The notes below the pieces were generated by a model that saw only the letters and a list, made by a program, of their open reading frames with translations, ran no database searches and was not told the DNA's origin. From IMG/VR virus record IMGVR_UViG_3300033153_013547, positions 62,001-126,000 of that record: DNA of 64,000 bases; one strand, given 5' to 3'. This document shows, one piece after another, positions 16,259 through 24,014 of the stretch (the stretch's first letter is position 1; each line of letters opens with the position of its first letter). A program made the translations under genes and the position numbers.

Positions 16259-16561
16259 TTACTTCTTCTGCTTTTCAACCCATTCCTTTATCACGTCTCC
16301 GTGACAAGGGCTGGGTTTGCAAAAGCAGACAAGGGTCTTCCCATCAAGTTCAAGCACCCTCCTCTTGAACTCGGGGTCAGACCCCAATCTGCTCAGGAAG
16401 TACTCCCTATACTTAGGTAGGGAGCTACCCCCTGAGCCGGGGAATGGATTCCCAAAATATCCATCCATTCCCCTACCAGCCCTTCCTATGTAAACATAGG
16501 AAGGGTCATCGCGCCACCCCTTAGGGGCGTCGCGAATATTAATAACGTTGATAGGCAACAA
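16259..16561 (-). CDS. DUF4326 family protein
   Basis: YVYIGR...FGNPF...LDGKTLVCFCKPSPCHGDVI; AAGGAGG SD favours TTG at 16561 (ORF track start 16594). Confidence 0.85.
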   Translation of the reverse strand: MLPINVINIRDAPKGWRDDPSYVYIGRAGRGMDGYFGNPFPGSGGSSLPKYREYFLSRLGSDPEFKRRVLELDGKTLVCFCKPSPCHGDVIKEWVEKQKK

Positions 16562-16629
16562 AATCACCTCCTTTTGTTGCCGGTCAATCGACACGGTTTC
16601 GGCAGACCACGTGTCATTCTGCAGACAAA

Positions 16630-17070
16630 TTACATGAAATCTCCCACAATCAGGTCACCCTTCTTGTGGGAGATTTTCTTCCCCCTTGGTCGGGGCGCAG
16701 GCACCTTCTTGGCGGGCACCTTCTTGGCAGGTGCCTTAACCTCTCTGGGCCACTTGCAATAATGCTTGACTGGCCCAGAGGCAGGCCGCTCTGCTGTTGC
16801 TGCCACCACTTCCACAGCAACAGCCTTTTTCACAGTAGGCCCAACCACATCATGGATGAGCCTACTGCAACACAGCTGCTTCCTGAGACGAAGTATTGCC
16901 TCGCCTCCGTCCACGCCTGTGGGGATCGTGCCCCTCCAACCGGGAACACGTTCCCCGTTGAGGTAGGCTTCACAGTACTGAAGCCCACCCCTTTCAAACA
17001 GGGGGGAGAATTTAATCTTTACCCTCTTCCCCCCCAACAAAATGTCAGGGGGACGAATCAAATTAGGCAC
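16630..17070 (-). CDS. hypothetical protein with basic PAKK tail
   Basis: AAGGAG SD, GTG start; KAPAKKVPAKKVPAP repeat. Confidence 0.65.
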   Translation of the reverse strand: MPNLIRPPDILLGGKRVKIKFSPLFERGGLQYCEAYLNGERVPGWRGTIPTGVDGGEAILRLRKQLCCSRLIHDVVGPTVKKAVAVEVVAATAERPASGPVKHYCKWPREVKAPAKKVPAKKVPAPRPRGKKISHKKGDLIVGDFM

Positions 17071-17143
17071 AGTAACACACTCCTTTCTGCCAGGTATATC
17101 CTGGATCAGATGAGCAGTTTATTGTCTTGCTCAGGACACAATG

Positions 17144-17464
17144 TTATAAACCAAGTTCCTCCCTGACACGATCCCTATTGACGGGATAAATGTTTATCTC
17201 ATCTATCCCATCAATAGAAACCCTGAACAATTGCCAGGGGCCCCCATCTGCTGGGATGAACCAGTATAGAGGATTATACCCCTTGGCTTCCTCAAACTCC
17301 TTCGCTGCTCTTCCGAACAGCGAATTCTTCCGGGGATTTTGTTGCCAAACTTCTCCCCAAATCTGCCCTATTGGCTTGGCAGATTTGAGCATCACCCCAG
17401 AAATGGTGGCTCTTGGTGCGGAGCAGACCGCCTTACGCACCAAGGCAATAATTTTCTCTTCCAT
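17144..17464 (-). CDS. hypothetical protein
   Basis: SD from R9. Confidence 0.75.
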   Translation of the reverse strand: MEEKIIALVRKAVCSAPRATISGVMLKSAKPIGQIWGEVWQQNPRKNSLFGRAAKEFEEAKGYNPLYWFIPADGGPWQLFRVSIDGIDEINIYPVNRDRVREELGL

Positions 17465-17562
17465 TTTTCCTCCTTAGAAAGAAATCATCACACTTTCGTA
17501 GTGATCAAGTGATCGGATGATCACGCGTAGCTTCATGGCCATCAGCTACTCGGCCATACAGT
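17465..17562 (-). repeat. array repeat R9 (R2 type)
   Basis: Near-identical to 12632-12731. Confidence 0.9.
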
Positions 17563-17645
17563 TTAGTCACGAGGGTCCAGAATGTCACCATGGCTTGTTG
17601 TCAGCCAGAAATGGCTTTCAACCCATAGACCAATGCCCCAACTGA

Positions 17646-18611
17646 CTAAATTCCCCGTGCCCAGAGAGCGTTCCGGCGCGCTTCTTTTTCGGCGCGCGCC
17701 TTTTCAACTCGTTCGCGAAGCTCCGGGGGAACATAGCCCGGCGTGTCGGGCGGTTCCGTAGCAGACACCGTAAATGTCTGCAGGAAAACGCTCGCGTACT
17801 CTTCCACCTGTTCGAGGGACAGCTCGACCCCCGAACGCAGCTCTTTGGGCAACTGGTAATCCAGATCAACTTCCACCACTCTCTCGGCGTGAACCGCGAT
17901 GTGTGGCGGGAGGCTGCCTTGCGTGGTATAAACGTCCTTCCCCATCACGTCATCCACTGCGGCATTCTCCACGACTGGCGTTCCCTTTGTCACCAGTCCT
18001 ATTTTCTCCAGATACGTCACGAACGCCGGATGGCGCGTGACGATGATGTTCCCATTTTCCATGGGAACAATATCCGACGCCCTGAGCAAATCTGACGCGA
18101 TGAAAGAGTACGCCTTGAGCTCACCGCTCGCGTACTCTTCCACCTGTTCAAGGGTCAGTTCGACCCCAGAACGCAGTTCATCGGGTAAATCGAGCGTGAG
18201 CTCGATTAACTTTTCTGAATACACCGCCAAGTGCAGGGGAATATACCCCTGCGTGGTGTAAACAGACCTTAAGGGACCGAGAGGTATCCCCGTCATGTCA
18301 TGACGGCTCCGCACATTCTTGAGCCACGTCACACGCCGTGCGCTGCCGAATGTGTGGATCTTCGCAAAATAACGCGCCACTGCGAGGTGGCGCGAAACGA
18401 CAAGATCTTTCGGCGGATAAATCTCCACTAGTCGGACAACGCGCGACTCGCCCTCCTCCAGGTAATTCCCGTAGGAATCCTGGACGGAACCCGAGGCTAT
18501 CGTCGTTCGATAGCCGTGCTCGATATCTATGGGGCCGCACCGGCGACCCTTGAAGTCCCTGATTTTCTCAAGCCTAGCCTCATTCCAGGCTTGAAACTCC
18601 TTCTCATTCAT
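17646..18611 (-). CDS. tandem two-domain Csx16-like (Cas_VVA1548) putative ring nuclease
   Basis: Two repeats of VV(S/T)RH...G(Y/S)(I/L)PxH(L/I)A...LPxELRSGVEL(T/S)LEQVEEYA. Confidence 0.7.
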   Translation of the reverse strand: MNEKEFQAWNEARLEKIRDFKGRRCGPIDIEHGYRTTIASGSVQDSYGNYLEEGESRVVRLVEIYPPKDLVVSRHLAVARYFAKIHTFGSARRVTWLKNVRSRHDMTGIPLGPLRSVYTTQGYIPLHLAVYSEKLIELTLDLPDELRSGVELTLEQVEEYASGELKAYSFIASDLLRASDIVPMENGNIIVTRHPAFVTYLEKIGLVTKGTPVVENAAVDDVMGKDVYTTQGSLPPHIAVHAERVVEVDLDYQLPKELRSGVELSLEQVEEYASVFLQTFTVSATEPPDTPGYVPPELRERVEKARAEKEARRNALWARGI

Positions 18612-18668
18612 ATCAATCTCTCCTTGCCCTGCACTAGCCGCGGCAGGGCTTCGCGGTTGTGTGTTACC

Positions 18669-18953
18669 CTATGCAAACTGCACGATGTACGCCACGGGCG
18701 TGCTGGCGTATTCGCGCACTTGCTCAAGGGTCAGCTCGACCCCCCTCATCTCCGCCGGAATATCCAGCGGAACTTCGATCACTCGCCGCGCATGCACGGC
18801 GAGCCGAAGAGGAAGAACGCCGAAAACGTTCTTCCCCATTACATCGTCGACCGTGGCATGTGCCACGATGGGCGTGCCTTCCGGCACTAACCCTATCTCG
18901 ATCAAATACGTCACCAATGCTGGGTGACGCGTAACAACAATACTTTTATTCAT
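18669..18953 (-). CDS. csx16: Csx16-like (Cas_VVA1548) putative cOA ring nuclease, 94 aa (start revised)
   Basis: IVVTRHPA...GVLPLRLA...LDIPAEMRGVELTLEQV fits the Csx16 pattern hhsRHpgA...GtLPxhLA...LdlPxexRGxELs. Confidence 0.75.
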   Translation of the reverse strand: MNKSIVVTRHPALVTYLIEIGLVPEGTPIVAHATVDDVMGKNVFGVLPLRLAVHARRVIEVPLDIPAEMRGVELTLEQVREYASTPVAYIVQFA

Positions 18954-19048
18954 CTCTTCTCCTTTACCCCAAAGCACAACTCTTTGGGGCAAATCGCCAT
19001 GTATTCATCATGGCACAATGCAGCCACAGTGCTGTCGGCTACTCAGCT
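18954..19048 (-). repeat. array repeat R10
   Basis: Same architecture as R3. Confidence 0.9.
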
Positions 19049-19086
19049 GTGGGGGGCGATCCTGTTTCGATGTTGACAGGATCCAT

Positions 19087-19117
19087 AAAAAAAGAGAGAG
19101 GCCCGAAGGCCCCTCTC
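19087..19117 (-). terminator. rho-independent terminator (copy 1)
   Basis: GAGAGGGGCC-TTCG-GGCCTCTCTC + T7. Confidence 0.85.
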
Positions 19118-19120
19118 CGA

Positions 19121-19210
19121 TGATGCCTATATTTCTCCTTTCCCGGCATCAGGGAGTTTCACCACTATGCAGGTGACGCATACATTTTGTTTATCCAGAT
19201 GTAAACTGGA
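19121..19210 (-). ncRNA. candidate structured RNA, three tandem H-type pseudoknots (copy 1)
   Basis: TCCAG/CTGGA + TACAT/ATGTA; TGC/GCA + TCACC/GGTGA; TCCC/GGGA + TGATGCC/GGCATCA; covaries with copy 2. Confidence 0.55.
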
Positions 19211-19234
19211 ATCCGGTTTTGAAAGGGGAGGGGG

Positions 19235-19690
19235 TTACTCTATTATTGGGAGGACATCCCCTTCTTCAAAGTCATACTGCCACGGATCATAATCCGTGGC
19301 AAGACCAATTGCTGTGACCATGTCTTTTGCGACGATCACAGCAAACCCCTGAAATTCCTCGCCCCCATCGTAGGGGACGAGGAACCCCCCGGGTTCCTTT
19401 TCTTCCGGACACTCCGGAAGGTTGGGGGCAAGTTTTCTTGCCCCCAACTGAAGGGTCCTCCAGACGGAGGTTTTTACTCCGTCTAGAAACCCTGACTCCC
19501 CACGTAAAATGGGGTAAAACACGCTAGTCGCTGCAGCGGCCAGCGTGCTCGCTCCTCCGGCTCTCATGAGCCGGAAGTACGAAATATTGCCGCTAACAGC
19601 AACTGGGCACCACGTCCTGTGGAGGGGCAGACACTGCCCATACCCCTCCACAGGGCGTAAAAAGACCGATAGCCAAAAAATTTTAGCCAT
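19235..19690 (-). CDS. hypothetical protein, paralog of 19972..20442 (start revised)
   Basis: MAKIFWLSV...FRLMRAGGA...LVPYDGGE. Confidence 0.75.
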   Translation of the reverse strand: MAKIFWLSVFLRPVEGYGQCLPLHRTWCPVAVSGNISYFRLMRAGGASTLAAAATSVFYPILRGESGFLDGVKTSVWRTLQLGARKLAPNLPECPEEKEPGGFLVPYDGGEEFQGFAVIVAKDMVTAIGLATDYDPWQYDFEEGDVLPIIE

Positions 19691-19696
19691 TCCCAT

Positions 19697-19787
19697 CTCC
19701 CTTACCCCAAAGCACAACTCTTTGGGGTAAAATCGCCATGTATTCATCATGGCACAATGCAACCACAGTGCTAACGGCTGCTCAGCT
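19697..19787 (-). repeat. array repeat R11
   Basis: Same architecture as R3. Confidence 0.9.
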
Positions 19788-19825
19788 GTGGGGGGCGATC
19801 CTGTCTCGATGTTGACAGGATCCAT

Positions 19826-19857
19826 AAAAAAAAGAGAGAGGCCCGAAGGCCTCTCTC
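19826..19857 (-). terminator. rho-independent terminator (copy 2)
   Basis: GAGAGAGGCC-TTCG-GGCCTCTCTC + T8. Confidence 0.85.
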
Positions 19858-19860
19858 CGG

Positions 19861-19952
19861 TGATACCTATATTTCTCCTTTCCCGGTATCAGGGAGTTTC
19901 ACCACTATGCAGGTGACGCATACATTTTGTTTATCCAGATGTAAAAACTGGA
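19861..19952 (-). ncRNA. candidate structured RNA, three tandem pseudoknots (copy 2)
   Basis: TGATACC/GGTATCA compensatory change; a 2-nt insertion falls in a loop. Confidence 0.55.
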
Positions 19953-19971
19953 ATCCGATTTTGAAAAGGGG

Positions 19972-20442
19972 TTACCCTATTATCGGGATAATATCCCGAT
20001 AATCCGTAGCAAAGTCGTCTCGCCACAGATCGTAATCTATGGCGAGATCAATCGCCGTGGTCGCATTTTTTGCGACTACGACGACAAACCCCTCGAATTC
20101 GCCCCCATCGTAGGGGACGAGCACTTTGCAGAATACCCCGGAACGTTCCGGGATATCGGGGGCAAGCAAAGCTACCCCCACCTGCATTGTTCTCCGGACA
20201 AATGTTACCCACTTGTCTAGAGAATTTACCTCGCTCAAGAGCCAATCCGCATTTGTTAAAATGGGATAAAATATACTAGCCACTATAGCGGTTAGTATAT
20301 CCGCTCCTCCGGCTCTCATGAGCCGGAAGTGCGAAACGCCGTCGCTTTCAGCGACGACGTTCCATGACTCATTATCGGGGGGGTTTTCTTTAAACCCCTC
20401 GATCTTGTCGAGTAAAACTGACAGCCAAAAGATCTTGGCCAT
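19972..20442 (-). CDS. hypothetical protein, paralog of 19235..19690 (start revised)
   Basis: Shared motifs; SD from R12. Confidence 0.75.
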   Translation of the reverse strand: MAKIFWLSVLLDKIEGFKENPPDNESWNVVAESDGVSHFRLMRAGGADILTAIVASIFYPILTNADWLLSEVNSLDKWVTFVRRTMQVGVALLAPDIPERSGVFCKVLVPYDGGEFEGFVVVVAKNATTAIDLAIDYDLWRDDFATDYRDIIPIIG

Positions 20443-20537
20443 CTCCTCCTCCTTTGCCCCAAAGCACAACTCTTTGGGGCAAATCGCCATGTATTCATCA
20501 TGGCACAATGCAACTTCATTGCTATCAGTTGCTCAGC
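20443..20537 (-). repeat. array repeat R12
   Basis: R4-type pseudoknot + P3 + P4 + AAGGAGGAGG. Confidence 0.9.
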
Positions 20538-20628
20538 GTCATATCGCAGATTTCCTAACCGGTGTCTGCCAACCGGCCACAGCCAAAATAGTGACTGTGG
20601 CCACCGCCTACGTTGCGGAGGCGGTGGT

Positions 20629-20835
20629 TTAAAACCCCCGAGCCTCAAGGTCGAGGCATATGTCTTCGTATGCCTCGACCTTGAGCTCGTCAGCAAGGGA
20701 ATCTAAATAACTCCCTTGCTGAACGTTGAGGCGTTCTACCTTGCGGCAGAACGCCTCAACAAGCTCAAGGCGACGATAAGGATTCTTGCAATCCTTAATC
20801 GCCTCCTTGAGCTTAAACAACTCAAGAAATCTCAT
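20629..20835 (-). CDS. 68-aa hypothetical protein, first gene of array (start revised)
   Basis: AAGGAGG SD before MRFLELF. Confidence 0.7.
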   Translation of the reverse strand: MRFLELFKLKEAIKDCKNPYRRLELVEAFCRKVERLNVQQGSYLDSLADELKVEAYEDICLDLEARGF

Positions 20836-21342
20836 AAACACCTCCTTCAACGACATAGGGCATCTATTTATACCCCTCTTTGGCCCTATCACAGAATTGT
20901 GTCCATCTTCGACCAGATGGAAGAATTACTCCCTTAGGCCATATAGTTTGGGGGTGGGCATCATCTGATAACTCCACCCCTAAACTATCATTCTGGTCAG
21001 CCCCCCAAAATTCATCACAGAATTGCCTTATAAACAGACAAAAAAATTGCCTCATGAACAAACAACATTCTTCATAGCTAGCTAGATAAAAACTAACTTT
21101 CAGTCAGTCTTCCAAAATTCACAAATTTACTCCTTCATTGAATGATCCATATACTATAAAAACTTTTTCTCAAACAACTTCTCAAAAAATATATGCAGTA
21201 ATAATTCCCATGTAAGGGCTAAAATAAAATCTCTCTCTGGCCTCCAAAATAAAATAATTATTATCTAATAAGGTAGTATAGATGGGTAGATGGGTAGATA
21301 TCCTGCCTTATTTACTAAAATAGGATTTACTTTTAATTAATT

Positions 21343-21696
21343 ATGCCACAAACACGTGAAGAACGTATTTCTAACTATGCTGATGTGTCTGTAAGAGTAG
21401 CTGTGAAATACCACATAGATGAAGAGTTGTTGGACTTAGATAGTAATAATAAATATGACCAGAGGTATATGGAAGGGCAGATGTGCTACAAGGAACAAGA
21501 ACTGTTTTTTGAATATAAAATAGAACAGGCTGCCAGGAAAACACTCTGTAAGCTATTTATACAGACTTTAACTGAAATAAAACGTATTATGTATGACTCT
21601 ACTGATCACAGGACTTTTGAATACCTGCAGACAATGAAGGATGTTGCAGAAAAACACCCTATAATAGCAGAATATTTAGAGAGCCATGAATCTTAG
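21343..21696 (+). CDS. hypothetical protein
   Basis: First gene after the strand switch. Confidence 0.7.
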   Translation: MPQTREERISNYADVSVRVAVKYHIDEELLDLDSNNKYDQRYMEGQMCYKEQELFFEYKIEQAARKTLCKLFIQTLTEIKRIMYDSTDHRTFEYLQTMKDVAEKHPIIAEYLESHES

Positions 21697-21904
21697 AGAA
21701 AAACTTGCAACATTAGAACACAAACAATGGGCACACTGGACCAAGTATATGTTGGCCAACCTTACTGATGAAAATATATCCAGGTGGAAACGTCAGATTG
21801 ATACGTCTTATGACCAATTAAGTGAACAGGAGAAAGATAGTGATAGGGAGTGGGCAGATAAAGTGCTTGAATTATTGCAAGACGAATTAGACAGTATTAT
21901 TTAG
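21686..21904 (+). CDS. small RyR-domain-like protein
   Basis: LATLEHKQWAHW...YDQLSEQEKDSDR resembles the RyR repeat. Confidence 0.6.
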   Translation: MNLREKLATLEHKQWAHWTKYMLANLTDENISRWKRQIDTSYDQLSEQEKDSDREWADKVLELLQDELDSII

Positions 21905-21918
21905 AGAAACGATAAAAT

Positions 21919-22212
21919 ATGTATAAAAAGACCACGCAAGACAAACTACAAGACAAGATGAATTGGATGGTGCTTGTAGGTAGACCGATACCAAAGTCTT
22001 GGTTATTCTGTCTGTTTGAGCCAGAGATCAAAAAGATTATACAGCACAATGTTGTAAAAAATAAGAGGCAGGAACGAGAAAAGTTTGGATCAGAAATAAG
22101 TGCCAAATATATTGAAATAATAAACAAAAGGCTAAGCCTCATTCAATTAGCAGGAAACAATAATGAAACCAAAAATAACAGAGAGGGAAGGAGTTTATCA
22201 CTAAATGAATAA
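21919..22212 (+). CDS. hypothetical protein
   Basis: Co-oriented ORF. Confidence 0.55.
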   Translation: MYKKTTQDKLQDKMNWMVLVGRPIPKSWLFCLFEPEIKKIIQHNVVKNKRQEREKFGSEISAKYIEIINKRLSLIQLAGNNNETKNNREGRSLSLNE

Positions 22213-22399
22213 TATTGACAAGAAGGTTTGGATTTTCAAACTGACAGAAAAAATGCTGTTTTATAGGCCAAAAGATTATCAGATAAATTCTCTTGAGACA
22301 GAACATGTGTTGTACTATAATATCATCAATAACATCAGTCATTTGATTGGTGGAGATGAAGGGAAGGCATTCAAGAAATATCTGGTTTACGAAGAATGA
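22205..22399 (+). CDS. hypothetical protein
   Basis: AAGGAG SD; overlaps upstream stop. Confidence 0.55.
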   Translation: MNNIDKKVWIFKLTEKMLFYRPKDYQINSLETEHVLYYNIINNISHLIGGDEGKAFKKYLVYEE

Positions 22400-22643
22400 T
22401 GGAAGATAATTATGGCAGAATTAATAGAACAACGCCCCCATCTTCGCCCTCTCTGCAAAATTGGCTGAAAAATTTATTAAGTTAATGCTGAAAACAAGAC
22501 ACGATATGCCACCTTGCTTTGTCAGTTAATAAAACAGCAAGGCAATAACAATTACTAATTTTGCCTCTTCAATTGGGCATTAATACAATTGGATATCCAG
22601 AATAAGGGGCCGTGCCCCCTCTGGAGAAAAAGGAGAACATCGT

Positions 22644-23858
22644 ATGTTTACTCTAAAGAACAAACCTGACTGGGATCGTCTTTTTGACCGTGGGTTCCCA
22701 ATGCTTGGCAACTTCCCACGCCTAACCCCAACTACTGTGGACATTAGACGTGAGTATCATCATTTGCCCGCTAGTTTTTTTGAGCGTAGATTGCCCACAA
22801 CAGAACATCTGGGAATAATCAGCCAAGGCACAGAAACCATCATATATTATCTGTGGATAGCCACATCAGCACGGGGGGAGCGTTTCTACAACGCAACCGA
22901 CAACCCCGACGCAGGACTTGCAATAGCCATCGACAGAGAAACGACTATAGAAGATCTAATTGATAGTTATTTCACACGAGATGAGGAAGACGATAGTATT
23001 ACTGACACAGGACCCTTGGCCATAATGCTACAGAGATATCGTGTAACCAATGAGTGGGCAGAGAATTCTGGCGAACTAACGATCATAAAAAACTTCAATT
23101 TCGAAGAATTCAAGAAAGCCAGAGACGACAGGTTTACAGATATTTTACAAGCAGAAGAGGCAAAAACAAATATAACACCAGAAGAAGGTATAGAACAAGT
23201 AACTGAAGATGAAACAGAAGTTATGAAAGCCCTGCATGAAAAATATCCTGAATTAGCAGGCTGGATATTAGAGACGCTGGGGAACCAACCAACAGATATT
23301 CATTATGATCCAGATAGTCACGGCACATGGGCAAGAATTGAAGGCCAGAGATACGATCCTAAATCAGGGAAAATAACACTTTGTTTAGCTACCCATAGTT
23401 ACAATTATCACTTAGATGCTAAATTACCCAAAGCAGAACATAAAGGATACCTTGGTTGTGGTGCCAATTGCAGGCTTGCAGATCCAGGAGAAAGCCATCT
23501 TAGAGGCCGTGATCTTCCAGATGGAGAATATTGCCAGAAAACATGGAATAAAATAGTCAGGGCCATCTTGAGACGTGAATTATTGCCTTTCCCTAATAAA
23601 ACAACACAGGCCCCCAACCGCTTATATGAGACCATCTATAATTATGGTATGCCAAATTTATCACACATCAAGATGACGGGCACGGGACAGGCTTCCTCGG
23701 TAGACGATACCACGACCGAAAGAGGCGTCTCATTTGTGGCAACCGAACATGATGACGTTCAAAAAGAAGAAAATGCCAAAACAACGCTAAAAGCAGAACG
23801 CGTCAAGATCATTTCAGAAGAAACACCCAACATCATTCCAGAACAAGATCCCTGGTAA
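22644..23858 (+). CDS. hypothetical protein
   Basis: 404 aa, AAGGAG SD. Confidence 0.8.
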   Translation: MFTLKNKPDWDRLFDRGFPMLGNFPRLTPTTVDIRREYHHLPASFFERRLPTTEHLGIISQGTETIIYYLWIATSARGERFYNATDNPDAGLAIAIDRETTIEDLIDSYFTRDEEDDSITDTGPLAIMLQRYRVTNEWAENSGELTIIKNFNFEEFKKARDDRFTDILQAEEAKTNITPEEGIEQVTEDETEVMKALHEKYPELAGWILETLGNQPTDIHYDPDSHGTWARIEGQRYDPKSGKITLCLATHSYNYHLDAKLPKAEHKGYLGCGANCRLADPGESHLRGRDLPDGEYCQKTWNKIVRAILRRELLPFPNKTTQAPNRLYETIYNYGMPNLSHIKMTGTGQASSVDDTTTERGVSFVATEHDDVQKEENAKTTLKAERVKIISEETPNIIPEQDPW

Positions 23859-23877
23859 TAATAATCTATCCAGAACC

Positions 23878-23911
23878 AAGGGCCACTTGTAATCAACACA
23901 GGTGGCCCTTT
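23878..23911 (+). terminator. probable terminator hairpin
   Basis: AAGGGCCACTTGT-loop-ACAGGTGGCCCTTT after stop; short U tail. Confidence 0.55.
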
Positions 23912-24014
23912 CTACAACTAATAATATGGTAAGCTATGAAGCCAATTAACTATTATTTGTATTACACAATTATAACCATAGCCTATAAAACCCCACCAAA
24001 AAGGACAAACAAGA

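Noticed and set aside
19135-19160. Hammerhead ribozyme (CTGATG...GAAA on minus strand)
   Set aside because: Core should be CUGANGA; copies read CUGAUGC and CUGAUAC, and the bases are used in a covarying stem
12888-20508. Shared N-terminal peptide LHCAMMN(T/A)WRF.PKELCFG in several ORF-track proteins
   Set aside because: Artefact of reading through the repeat; strong SDs place the true starts downstream
12228-20537. Repeats as a CRISPR array
   Set aside because: Repeats are 80-105 nt, variable and separated by whole genes, not 30-40-nt spacers; no cas1/cas2
12228-20537. Repeats as classical integron attC sites
   Set aside because: No RYYYAAC...GTTRRRY boxes, no single long hairpin, no IntI; pairing pattern favours sense-strand RNA
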